Of a DNA stretch of 64,000 bases, positions 41,401 through 55,730 are shown one piece after another. Under the pieces are notes generated by a model. The model was not told the origin of the DNA and ran no database searches. It saw only the letters and a program-made list of their open reading frames with translations. The stretch is from Felis catus (lineage: Eukaryota): NCBI RefSeq assembly GCF_018350175.1, contig NC_058369.1, positions 24,802,001-24,866,000 on the forward strand. The letters run 5' to 3'. How positions within the stretch are numbered: the stretch's first letter is position 1; the number at the start of each line of letters is the position of its first letter. A program made the translations under genes and the position numbers.

Positions 41401-44400
41401 AGGGGGAAGAAAACAATGTAATGCAAAGAAACTTCAGGAGCTATTGTAATTGTTCACAATACATTTTAAAGAAAGGGGAAGTAAAGGAAGAACTGAGCAT
41501 GACAGTTGCACACAAACGAACTCCGGGCTCTGAAAGGAAATGTGTGCTACCTAAATTTGTATTGTAAATTTGTAACTATTCCAGTAAACAAAGTCTGTGT
41601 AAGAACGTAAATTTAAAGGACAAAAAGTAACTGCTATCAATTTACATTTAATAAAACAGTGGTTTAGGGGAGCTTGGGTGGCTCAGTCGATTTAAGTCAC
41701 CGACTTTTGGTTTCAACTCAGGTCATGATCTCAGTTTCATAAGTTGGAGCCCTGCCTGACAGCACAGAGCCTGCTTGGGATTTTCTCTCTCCTTCTCTTT
41801 CTGTCACTCCCCCACTTGCACTGTCTGAGTCTCTCTCAAAAATAAATAAATAAACTTAAAAAAAAATGTTTTTTAAATAAAATAAAAAATAAAAACACCG
41901 TTTGAATAGCCAAAAGTAAGGTGGAAAATGTACCTGCAACATTTTTGTTTCAGATTCAACCACTTTTGTCCAAAAATGTTTTATACATCCTATATATTTC
42001 TGTTAACATTTTACCCAACTCCGGGTTTGTCAGAACAGGAAGTTGGGAAGCATGAGTAAGATTTTCATGTTTCGTGGTAACTAAGGAGAAAGATTCTTTT
42101 TAATGTCTCACCCCACTCCAAGTACCAGGTTTTTAAAAATTCCATTGGCTCTGTGGCATAAAGACCCTCCTTGTCTTTTAAGGGGCCTCAGTGTCCCCAG
42201 AGTCTCATGGAGCACAGGGACTCTATACCCAGCAACACCACTCAGACAGACAGAGGCCCTAACAGTAGTATTTTTGCCCTTTAGCTCCAAGAAATACTTT
42301 AAATGCTATAGGAAAGCAAACACCTGTTAACTAGGTTCTCCTACTACCTCGATTACACCTTATTGTTTTCTTCCCCTCAGAAAACAATATTAACCCAGTC
42401 ATTAATTTTTATTACTCAATTCTACTATTTTGACTTTCCATATAAATATTACAGGTAACATGGTACAAAAACAAAAATGTGTTGGGGCGCCTGGATGTCT
42501 CAGTCGGTGGAGCATATGACTCTTGATCTCAGGGTTGTGAGTTCGAGCCCTATGTTGGATGTGGAGATTACCTAAAAAGAAAATCTTTAAAAACACACAA
42601 ACACACAAACAAACAAACAAAAGTGTGTTAATAATATAAAACATCAAGCTCACAACCTAGGAGGAAATAAGCTACCCTAAGTGAGATTTAGCAGAAACAA
42701 GAGATTCAAATGCCCAAGGGCTTCAAACTGGAATAACAGATGTAATATATAAAACAGGTATGAGATGCTTAAAGAAATAACTGGTAGAACTGAAACATAT
42801 TCACATAAAAATTGATACACAGATGTTCATAGCAGCTTACTCATAACAAAGAATAGAAACAATTGACAAAATGTGGTATTATCCATACAATGAAATACTG
42901 TTCAGCCATAAAAAGGAATGAAGTACTGACATGCTACAACATGGATGAACCTTAAAAACATTATGTTGAGTGAGGGGTGCTTGGGTATCTCAGTTGGTTA
43001 AGCATCCCTGACTTCAGCTCGGGTCATGATCTCGTTGCTCATGGGTTCAAGCCCTACGTCGGGCTCTGTGCTGACAGCTCAGAGCCTGGAGCCTGCTTCG
43101 GATTCTGTGTCTTCCTCTCTCTCTCCCCTTCCCCTGCTCAACTCTCTCAAAAATAAATAAACATTAAAAAATTTTTTTTTTAATTATGCTGAGTGAAAGA
43201 AGCAATGCACTAAAGGCCACATACTGCATGATTCCATTTATATAAAATGTCTGGAATAGACAAACCCCTAAGGACAGAAGTAGTTCATAGTGGGATTGGA
43301 GGAGGAACAAATACAGAATGTATGGTTACCAGGTATGAGGTTTCTTTTCTTTCTAGGGTGATAAAAATGTTCTGAAATTAGATAGTGATGATGGCCACAC
43401 AACACTGTGAATCTACTAAACATCACTGAAAAGGTGTACACTTAAAAATGGCTAGGCATGGGGCACCTGGGTGACTCAGTTGGTTGAGCATCTGGTTCTT
43501 GATATAGGCTCAAATTGTGATCTTGTGGTTGTGGGATTGAGCCCCGTGTTGGGCTCTGTGCTGAGCATGGAGCCTGTTTAAGATTCTCTCTCTCCCTCTC
43601 TGCCTCTCTCCTGCTCACACTCTCTCTCTCAAAATAAATAAATAAACATCAGTCAGTTGAGCATCCAACTCTTGATTTTGGCTCAGGTCATGATCCCAGG
43701 GCCGTGGGATCGAGCCCCATGTTGGGCTCCACACTGAGTATGAAGCCTGCTTAAGATTCTCTCTGTCCCTCTCCCTCACTCGCATTCTCTCTAAAAAATA
43801 ATAATAAAAATAGAAATGGCTAAAATGAAGCTTATTTCAATATACCTCCTGAATATCAGAATAGAACCTCCATGTCCTCAATAAGTATTTCTAAAAAATA
43901 TTAATAAGAATCTATTTAAAAAGAAAAAAAAAAAGACCAGGCAGGTCTTAAAAATAAGCAAATACAACTTTTAAGAAATCAAAAATATTATGTGAAATTG
44001 GAAACTCAACGAATGGATTAAATAACAAACCAGACACAGCTAAAGACAGAATTTGTAAACTAGAGGGTAACTATGATGAAATCACTCAGAATGAAGCAGA
44101 GAAACAAGTAGATGTAAAACACAAGAGAAGTTCACAGACATCAAGAACATAATGAAAAGACCTGACATAGGATGCTCTAGGTTCCTAGAAAAACAGTCTA
44201 CAAAGAATGAAGGAGAAGTATAATCAGAAAGATAATGACTAATTGTATTATAGAAATGCATCTATAAATCCAGATATCAAATTATACCAAGGTGGATAAA
44301 TAAGAAATCTATACCTAGATATAGAGTTGAAAAACACCAAAGACAAAGATTAAAAAAAGCAACCAGAAAAAAGATGACGACCTACAAAGGAACGATAATT

Positions 44401-47400
44401 AGACTAAGAACTGACCTCTCAACAAAAATAGAAGCCGGAAGATATTGTAATATAGTCAAAGCACTAAGAGGAAATAGCTGTCAACCCAGAATTGTGTACC
44501 CAGAATCTAACAAAGAATACACTTTTTTTGGCAAATCTACAGAGCATCTACAGGGCATGTTCAAAAATTGACCACAAAGTTGGCTTTAGATCAAGTATCA
44601 ATACATTTCAAATAATCACCACCTGTTTTGATTATAACAATTAAATGGGGGGAAAAAAGACAAAAGTATTCTTATATATTTGGAAATTTAAAAACAATCC
44701 TCTACATCACATATCAAAATAGAAAATCATAATGGAAACTAAAAAGTACTTAGAACTGAATGTAATGAAAATCCTACATATTAAAAGTTGTGGAATGCAA
44801 CTAAAAGAGTACTTGCATTGACCATTTTTCCAACTTAAGAAAGCAGAAATAAAATGAACCTCCCAAAAGTTGAAATTAATAGAACAGCTAAAATTAGGAA
44901 AAGAGTAAAACAAAGATATAACAGAAGGTTAAAACCATAATTTGGTTAAGATTAATAAAACACACAAACCCCTGGTGAAAGTGACTAATAAGGGAAGGCA
45001 TAATGAAAATATTATCACATAATAATGCTCACAGCAGCTATTAATAGACTATTTAAATGACTATATTGCAATAAACTCAAAAACATAGAAAAAATGGACA
45101 AATTCCTAAAAACCAAACAAAACCATATCTAAACTGACATAAGAATAGAAAACCTGAGAAGTTTAACTATTAAATTGAATCAGTACTTTAAAATCATCCA
45201 GAAAAACGAAGACAGTTTTGTAATTAAGTGCTAGCCAACATCCAAAGAACAGATTATTCTAATCATATGTACAAACATCTCTTACAAAATGAGGAAAACT
45301 ATCCAACTCAATTCTGAGAAGCTAGTGTAACTTTTAAGTTTTTATTTATTTATTTTGAGAGAAAGTGTGTGTGTGCACTAGCAGGGAAGGGGCAAAGAAA
45401 GAGGGAGAGAGAATTCCAAGCAGGCTCTGTGCTGTCAGTGTAGACCTTGATGCAGGGCTCAATCTCAACATGAGATCATGACCTGAGCCAAGATCAAAAG
45501 TTGGACATTTAACTGACTGAACCATCCAGGTGCCCACTAGTATAACTTTGATACAAACACTAGACAAGAACAAGATTGCAGGTCAATCTAACTTATCACA
45601 GATACAAAATTTTTCAACAAAACATTCACAGATCAAACCATACATTACAAAAAAAAAAAAAAAAGTGAAGTTGGTGTTCTTAACTAGCAATACAAACATA
45701 GTTTAATACTGGCAAAAGATAAATGTAATTCATCTTCTAAGTCTACAGAATAAATATTACATGTGATAGTTAATTTTGTGTGTCAACATGACTGGGCCAC
45801 AGGGTGTCCAGATATTTGGTCAAACTCTATTCTGGCTGTTTCTGAGAATATTTTTGGATGACTTTAACACATAAGCTTTCCTGATTCTCCAGCTTGGTGA
45901 CTGCAAATTTTGGAATTTTATGGGCTCCATAACTGTGTGAGCCAATACTTTATAATAAATCTCTTTCTATATATGTACATCCTATTAGTTCTGTTCCTCT
46001 GGAGAACCCTAATACACCTTGTTACCAACTTGATAAAAGCCAAAAACAAAAACAACAACAAAAAATGAAAAAAGCATTAAAAAAAATTCAAAACCCATAG
46101 TGGTTAAAATAATGAAGGAAATTTTTAAACTGATAAAGGTATCTATGAAAAATCTACTACAAACTTCCTACCTAATGGTTCATGTTAGACATGTTCTTTT
46201 TAAAATCAAAGACCAGAGAATGCCTCCAACTACCACTTTTATTCAACATTGTACTGGAGATCCTAGATTACACAGTAATACTAATGCAAGAAAGAGAAAT
46301 ACAAAGCTTGAAGACTAGAAAGGAAAAAAAAACCAATGTTGCTTCCAGATAATAAAATCTATACAGCAATCTCAAACAACGTACAAAAAATAAATTATTC
46401 AAATTTCATACTCTGATCTAACATATAATTAATACATAAATATCAATTACATTTTTATATACACAACGAACAGAAAATGTACTGAAATGGAAAATACTGT
46501 TTACAATCACACCAAAAACAATTAAATGGCTGGGGATAAACCAAACAAAAAATAAGCAAGACATGTACCCAGAAAATTATAAAGCTCTACTAAAAGAATA
46601 CCCTGAAAGAGTAAAGAGATAATCCTGTTCATGGATAAGACAGTAACATAAAACACATCAATTGTCTCAAATTTCATCTATAGATTAAAAAAATCTCAAT
46701 AGGGCTTTTTTTTGGGGGGGGGCACCCTAAAATCTGATTCTAACATTTTTTGCATAAAGCAAAGCTGAGGGGAGCCTAAGGAGCTCACTCAGTTGAGCAA
46801 CAGACTCCTGATTTCAGCTCATGTCATGATCCCAGAGTCATGGGATCCCACATCAGCCCAGAGCCTGCTTAGGATTCTCTCTAAAATGAAAAAAAAAAAA
46901 AAAAATTAAAGAAAGAAAAAAGCAAAGCTGATATTTAAATATTTGAAAAAAAGTTCCATCTCAAATAGCAACAGTTCCCAAAAGAGGCAGTTGACTCTAC
47001 CTCATATCAAGGCTTCTCGGTGGAGAAATGTTTCAGGAACAATTTGGTATTCATATTGGGGAAAAAAATGAATATTAGATTCCTATATTATATCACACAA
47101 AAACAAAACAAGCAAAAACCTATTTATTTATTTATTTAAAGACCTAGGTGCCAAAGGCAAAATCATAACATATTCAGAAGAAAACACAGGGGCAATACCT
47201 GTAAGATCTAGGGGGTAAGGAAAGATTTCTTAAAGTCACAAACAGTACTTAACATTCAGGCAGATAAATTTAAACACATTGAAGTTAGGAACATCTGTTC
47301 TTCAAAAAACACCAGGAATAAAGTGAAAAGGCAAGCATAGATTATGAAAAAAAAATTCTAGCACACATAGCTCAGTATTAGGACCCAAAAATGTATTAAA

Positions 47401-50400
47401 AATTCCTCTAATAAGTAAGAAAACACAAGGCAGGGGCACCTGGGTGGCTCAGTCAGTTAAGCATCTGACTTTGGCTCAGGTCATGATCTCAAGGGTTGTG
47501 GGTTGGAGCCCCACATCAGGTTCTGTGCTGACAGCTCAGAGCCTGGAGCCAGCTTTGGATTCTGTGTCTCCCTCTCTCTCTGCCCCTCCCCTGCTTGCTC
47601 TCTCTCTCTCTCTCTCTCAAAAATAAACATTTAACAAATTTTAAGAAATAAAATAGTAAAAAAAAAAAATAATAAAATAAAAACACAAAGCACTCAAACA
47701 ATAGGCAGCTGAATATGGAAAGAAATACATTCATAAATGGATGATCAACTCATCATATTTCAGGAAAATACAGGCTAAAATCACAGTACAATATATTTTA
47801 TACCTACCATACTGGCAAGATTATGCCACAGTCTGACTATACTAGTAACCGTGAATTTACGAGAACTTGCTGGTAGTAAGGGATATAAATTGGTACAAAT
47901 ATTTTTTTTAATTGGTACAGATATTTAAAACAATATGACATTATCTTGTAAAGCTAGTCATGTAGAATTATGATTCAATGATTCTACTTATCGATAATAA
48001 ATCTAATATACTAGATATATGCCCAAGAGAAAAAATTTTTGTACATGTCACACTGGGAGATATACAGAAGAGTGTTCACATCAGAAATAACGTTCAAATT
48101 TAGTGACATATATCATTTTCCTTTATATTAAGTTAGTTTTAAGAATTACTAACTTATCACCAACCAAAAGAAAGCTCAATATAATTTTACTTATATTACA
48201 AATCTCCTTGTGAGGAAATAAAATTTCCCTAATTTCTCTGTGGTCCTCCAAAACTAGCCTTCTGATGCACAAAAAAGTAAATATACAGATAGGGAAATGT
48301 TTGCATTCACTTCCCCCAGAAATATTTTACTCCTCACATACTTTATAGCCAATTATCTAAGTAACTGCTCTGATCCAAAAAGATAATTAAATTTCTCTTA
48401 TCTCCCTGAGAGTGCCACGTGGGTACACAAGAGGAACAAGAGGTTACAGCACAGATTAGTTCCTATGTTTTAAGTTCCAGAGGGCTGAATGTATCCTGAA
48501 GAGATTTTATTTATTTACCACAGTATTGGAGTTAATATTCATCACATTTTCAAGGAGAACTTCCCAGAAGGGGAGGCAGACAGTGGCCTTCTTCCCTTAA
48601 TAAGCAAAGAAAAGTAATTTTTCCTCATCCCTTGCCTGTGGAATATCCAGCCACCTGCACAGGATAACAGACCTGTCTTTCCTCGGGATGCCCTAAGGCT
48701 AAAGACTAGGGGGGAAAGGAAGGCCAATATATTTACTACCGTGAGGTATTCACTAAATCTATCTCTGATTCAGAACATTTAGTGTGCATATTCAAGATAA
48801 AACTATTGAGAACTCAACAGTCCCCAATGCATCTCCCATCTTCATTAGAACTATGAAGAAAGTAGCCATAGTTAGAATAATTCCCAATGAGGTTGCAGGA
48901 AAAGGGATAGCTATACAAAAATACCTCAACTCCGTTAGACTCAGGTAGTATACCCCTGCAGAATGCTCATGCCCTCTAACACATAGGATCTTACTCTATT
49001 TCTTAACCCTGAGAAAACCCAGTCCTCTAAGAATCTAATATAGTACTTGCTCAGGTGAAGAATAAGATACCAGTATCTTCCTATCCCGAGTCTCACTATT
49101 AGAATGGAAGATACTGTAATTTTCTGATAAACTCCTCATTGTCAAGATTCTCAATACTCATTCTCTGAAATGCAAGAACTGAACAGATTTGGATAACCCA
49201 GTATCTCACCATACCCAAACCTACAATCTGAACTTTCACTTTCTGAACTCAGGAATTAAACAGATTTTGATGTGAGGAATAGTTGTATTAGGCAAGCTTT
49301 CAGAAGAAAACAAACAAATGTAAATATAAGAGTATATTCATATGTGGTGAATGTGCATCTGTCCATATGTATGTGTTATAAGATGCCCAGTCCAAAGATT
49401 TCCAGCTGGTTAGTCAAAAAATTATTGTTAGATGTCCACCAATTCATAAGTATATAAACTCTGCCTATAAATTTTGTACACAATTTGACTCTGCCACTCT
49501 AAACAATGGATGGGTTAAGAAAATAAATATGCATACAACAAAATTCTACATAACCATTAAAAATGCAGTTGTCAGTTCTGAAAATCACTGATAGTAACCT
49601 CCATTTGACTACCTGGAAATTGAGGCTCAATAAAATGAGTAGAAAGAAGTTAACTGCTGAAAAGCTTTTATCACATGGCATATCTGTGCAAAAAACTTCC
49701 TCCCCTATTGAAATGTCTCATCAACATTCCAAGGTTAACCGAAACCTTGGAATAACCCCTCTCTGTAACCAACTCCTCTCCTTCAGCAGAACTACACATA
49801 ATAGCATGTATTCATCTTGTTCTTTCCTAAACCCATCACAACTAATGCCTGACCTAAACCCTCAATCTAAACTCAATAAAATCAGTATCTATTATTGGAT
49901 ACTACCTAGTAAACAGCTCTTAAATCAGTCTCTTCTTATATCATCGTTCTTACCTCTCTCCTCTAACCCACCACCACCCTCTAATGTAATGCTACTTTCC
50001 TGCCCCATCTCGCCTCTTTATTCTTTACAGAGTAACCAAATAAATTTCCCAAACACGGATCTGATCATGTTGTATACACAATCAAAAACATATCCTGCGC
50101 TCCCTTTAAAACCAACTGCTCTTAGGATCACACCCAAAATTCCAAACATTTGAACACTGCCTACACAACACTGCAGGACACAGGCCCCACCCCCACAACT
50201 TTTCTAGTCTCAAGTCCTACCACTTTCCCCCAACTACTCTAGTGTTCCTTTCTCTTTCAACCTCACCAAGCAATTGTTCTGATGATTCTTCAAATATGGC
50301 ACAGTCCTACTAGAACAAACCATATTGAGTAACTCCATTTATCACTCTGTATATGATCCAGAAAAGTCCTTATCTCATTCTTTTTGGAATTATACACCCT

Positions 50401-53400
50401 GCATAAGAAAATATTCAATAAATATTTGTTGTCACAATCACAAAATACAATAAAGATACTTCATGGAGAAGACTTGCAGAAGGTCTAGTGTCATGGCTTT
50501 AAAAAAAAAAAAACAACGACGACGACTACTAAAGGCCATAGTAAAATGGTTCACTAAATAATATCAACAAAGACAGAGACCCTATGGTACTCTGAGGCAA
50601 AAATGAAATAAATTGAAATATTAATATGATCACTTATTCAAACACTTATTTCTAAGGGAGAATGAGGAACATTTTAAAACCTTTCACTCACAAGTTTTTC
50701 TTTCTCTAGTTTTTGTAGTAAACTCTCCATGTTACTTCCAATTCTTGTCTTTTCTACAACTTCATAAAGGCTGCAATACATTCCATTCTTCAAAACTGAC
50801 ATAAGAAAAAATACAAGGTAAATATTCAAATCAAATCTGCTTCTTATATATTTTAATAAAATTAAATTACTTACCTTCACTTGGACCTAAGTATGTTTCC
50901 TTATAAAACAGCGCCGGAGGGATTTTCTGTTTCAGATGATCAATACTCATAACTGTTTCAACATCTAACTTTTCGGGACTGAAAGAAAATTGAAAAAGTA
51001 TGTTTGCCTCACCTGTATTTTTAACTCTAGCAATGTTATCTCCTTTCCACCCACAACATACTATTAATATTAGACTTGATTCTAAAGAGGATTGGAAATG
51101 GGAAGCCCAGATATATAGAGAAGTAGATAGGAAGACTGGTAATATCACCAACCTTCCATTTTTAAGCCAGAAGCTAATCTTATAACACCAATTTTCCTAA
51201 CCATAAAGGATTAAAGGCTGTCCTTTTATTAAGACAATTTGAGTATGAATCCTGAAAGTAATCATCAAACATTTAATGAAGGCCCATAATGTTTGGGTGG
51301 TAGCAAAAGATCATTTTAGACCATTCTATTCTAATATATGCTGCACAGGACTGAAAACAGTCTATAAATTTTAACTTACCTCACCACATCAAAGAGGTTT
51401 CCAACAAAGAACTGATAACTTTTAGGTCTACCATGTTCAAATTGCTAAATGACAAATATATCTAATTAGGATAAAACTTTGAAAAATTACTTTTAAAATT
51501 TAAAATCATTCAGAAACTTTTATGCTATAAATGTATATGACTATTTAGCCCATTCTCAAACCAAGATAGAAAAGCAGAGGGCCCATTTTGCCAACTGTGT
51601 TTCCCAAGTTATCAATCTTTTAAAACAAATCGACATTTATATTGAAGTTCTTGTGGACCAAAGCAAAATTTAAATATAAGAATAAAAAGCAAAAGAAGAA
51701 ACTATATCGAGCAACCGCTAATTGCTATTTCTTATAACATACTTACAGCTTGATAGGCAAAAAAGCACGAGTGGTTGACCTCAGAGAAATATAACACAAA
51801 AGCTTTCCTTTATTTAAAAGCTGTCCTTTCCACAAGGTGTAGTTAAATTTGTCTAAATAAAAAGAATGATATAATTCAGCCTCTAGCAACCCAGAAGCAA
51901 ATACATGTTTACTACAAATAAGGGAAAAACATCTATGACAACAAAAAACAAAAATCACACAAAAAACACCCATGACATTGCTATTTAGGAGAGAGTTCAA
52001 ATAATAGGATTTTTGTTTCAGGTATCTTTTCCCCTACAGGATTATTCCAGCTGCAAAAAATTAACAAATTTGTCTAAATGTCCTCATATCAGACAGTTGA
52101 AGAGCAAAGACCAAGCATTTACTGCCTTCTTATTTCACCCAAAGGAGACTATCTTACTATATTAAATCCAGTTAACTACACAAATCACAAATCCCCACAG
52201 CATCTCCTACCCTCTCTATTCACTTTCTTTTCATTGTGGAGAAACTTGATGACAGAAAATGTCAGTTTTGCTTTTAATCTTTTCTGTGTCTTCTAAATCC
52301 TAAACTTCTGATAAATGTATTTTAATTATCTAAGTTGTAAAGCTTGTTTGTTTACTTTTATCAAAGTGCTAAAATCCTTTGGTTTACTCATAGTTTCAGC
52401 AGCTTCTAAAGAAGACCTTATGCTTGGACAACCAAATGTTGATGCTATATCATAACATGGCCTCACCCCCTTTATCATACTTTGCAGATTTTTGTTCATT
52501 ATAAAAATAAAGCAAAACACTAATTTTTTTACTTTATGTATTCTTCCAATTTATAAAACTAAAGGAAAATAATAAAAGAATCTTACCAGTGTTTCTATCT
52601 GCATTGAAACTGTTAGATCTACAAGTTTTGAAAAGAAAAGAAAACATTACTGATTGGTAACAAGAAAGTTAATATTCAGGATCTTGACATAAGCACTATT
52701 CCTAATGGCATAGGTACAAGAAAAATTAAATCCTTTTTATCCAAGTGGGAAATACATATGAACTACTTATTACAACACTTAATACATCCAAGTCTATATG
52801 AAGAAAACGATTACTTACTTGGCTCAAATTATCATATCTGTCCAAATTTATGGGAGCTATTTTCCCCAAAAATAGTCATCAGGAGAAAACAGAGTCCATT
52901 AAAGTCTCTGTGAATTACTTTATTTTGGTGGTAAGATTTGAAAAAATAGCCTCAAAATACACTTAAATGTATTTATTCATCATTCAATAAATATTTACCA
53001 AGTTCCTATTATTTACCAGGCACAGTTCTAGATAACAGGATTACCAGGATGAACAAAGCCCCTGCCTTCATAGAGTTTACAACCTCATGAAGATTCCAGG
53101 CAACAACCAAAAGTAGTAGTATATAGTTTACCAGATGATGGTTTTAAGTGAAACCAGAAAAAGAGAAAGCAATAAGGTTATGGGGTTAAAAACAAAAATC
53201 ATGAAAGGCCTCACTGATAAAGTCACCTTTAAGGAGAGATCTGATAAAGGTTTTTAGTGTAAACAATGTAGCTAATTGGGAAAAGAGAACAGTAAATGCA
53301 GAGGCCCTGAGGCAGAATGATTCATAGCAGCATTTGAGGTATAGCAAAGGTGTTCAAACAATGCTCATTTTTAAATGATATGGAGACCAAAAGATAGAAT

Positions 53401-53410
53401 CAAAGAAGAG

Positions 53411-53453
<43 letters not shown>

Positions 53454-55698
53454 AACACAGTTACAATTCATGGAGGTATGACCTCATAATTACTAAGTGG
53501 TGGATGTCTTTTAAAGATTACTATCGAAAGGCCCTATTGTAAATTTATCATGGAAATCATAAACACAGAGCCACAAGAAAAATGAAAATCACAAGTGTCT
53601 GGATAACATATGAACTGCTACTTATGGCTATGGATGGATGGTTACCAGGGCTATTTGGTGACATGAAATAAGTGTGCTGGATCTCAAACAACTTAAAGAA
53701 AGACAGGATGATTTGATCTGGAAAACCAACGAAAAGGTTGACCTCAAAAATGTGTTTCATGATATGTGGCTTTTTTAAAAACAGTATTTCTAAATTAATA
53801 AGGCTCATACATAACTTTAAACAGACATTTGACCATTTCACCTACATCCCTATATATTTACTTATTCAATTTTACCAACATTTTTTCTGGAATCACCACA
53901 TGGGCGAAACAATAAGGGAGACTACTTTGCATTTGGTCACTTTGTATTAAAGCTTATAAGAGGGGCGCCTGGGTGGCGCAGTCGGTTAAGCGTCCGACTT
54001 CAGCCAGGTCACGATCTCGCGGTCTGTGAGTTCGAGCCCCGTGTCGGGCTCTGGGCTGATGGCTCAGAGCCTGGAGCCTGTTTCCGATTCTATGTCTCCC
54101 TCTCTCTCTGCCCCTCCCCTGTTCATGCTCTGTCTCTCTCTGTCCCAAAAATAAATAAACGTTGAAAAAAAAAAAATTAAAAAAAAATAAATAAAGCTTA
54201 TAAGAAATCATCAGTGGTACTCAACTCACTGAAAATCAGAATCACCTGGAAGCTTTTAAAATTACCAATGCCTAGGGAGGGCTAAGTTCGTTGATTTCGG
54301 CTTATGTCATGATCTCACGGTTTGTGAGATTGAGCCCCACATTGAGCTCTGCACTGACAGCACAGCCTGCTTGGGATTCTCTCTCTGCTCCTCCTGTCTC
54401 TCAAAACAAACAAACACTGAAAAAAAATTACCAATGCCTAGGCTCCTTAATACACATTTGATTTAATTTGTTTGAGGTAGGATCAGGGATCTTTTGTAGA
54501 AGCTCCTCATTTGTAGGAGCTTTTTACTTTTTTTTAAAAGCTGCATTTTAGGGGCACCTGGGTGGCTCAGTTGGTTAAGCGACTGACTTCAGCTCAGTCA
54601 TGATCTCACGGCTCCTGGGTTTAAGCCCTGCATAGGGCCCTGAGCCCCCCCATAGCTCAGAGCCTGGAGCCACTTCGGATTCTGTGTCTCCCTCTCTCTC
54701 TCAAAAATGAATAAACATCAAAAAAAAATTTTTTTTAATAAACAAATAAAAGCTGCATTTTACTCAACTATGCAAACCTTCAATATCAAGAAAAAAAGGG
54801 TTAACTGGTGAGGTTTAAGTAAATTTTAGTTGCATATAAAGTACATTTTTCACACTCTACTTTTACAAGTCATCATAAACACTGTGCATCTAATTAGTTG
54901 CAAGGCAAGAAAAAAAATGGGAAGAAAACAGTGTTCTAGGCCATGCAGGATATGTAAATTAGTATTCTGAATGATGTCTAAAACTCATGAGTCTTACCTT
55001 GATGAAGGTACAAACTTCGGAGTTTGTATATCATCTTTGTAAGTAAAAGATACAACGGCATATGGACACACATGTCTTGGTCTTCGCCTGAGTTCATCAA
55101 AGATATACTCATAAAAATAATACTAAAAATAAGAAAATGCAAAATTAACTTCTATAAAAAGACAAAAAGGTACAGAGTAGAATCTTTAGTTGCCTGACTT
55201 TAGAGAAACATAACACCATTTAAATATCTCTAACAGGAAGTATCTTTAAGCACTGCTTGTTAATTTATTTAAAATAATTTGCACTTTATATTCATTTTAT
55301 GGTATAAAATATTCTGCTTCTATCTATCTATCTACCTACCTATCAATCAATCAATCATGCCAGAGCACTAATAGGTACTTGAAAAATTTATTACTAAAGA
55401 GCTGAGGGCTCGGTATGTGCAACAAATTTCCTCATAAAAATGTTACAAATGGACATTTATAAGCTCCAAGCCAGCCCAGAAAAGTCAATTCGATCCGAAA
55501 AGTAAAATGCTAAGGACACAATCTCAACCAAATCTAGTATTCTGTTCATTATTTCAAAAGAAAAATATATTCTTGGCTCTAACCACAGACTAAGCAGACA
55601 AACGTAGCTAATTGTCTTACTACCCATCTGCTTCTCCCCTTCACCTATTCACAACATTCATTAGGGTTTTGTGACTCACAGACTAGTGATTTTTTTTC

Positions 55699-55730
<32 letters not shown>

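Noticed and set aside
49563..50153. 196-aa + strand ORF
   Set aside because: Low-complexity L/S/P-rich translation over a probable L2 relic; no recognisable homology.
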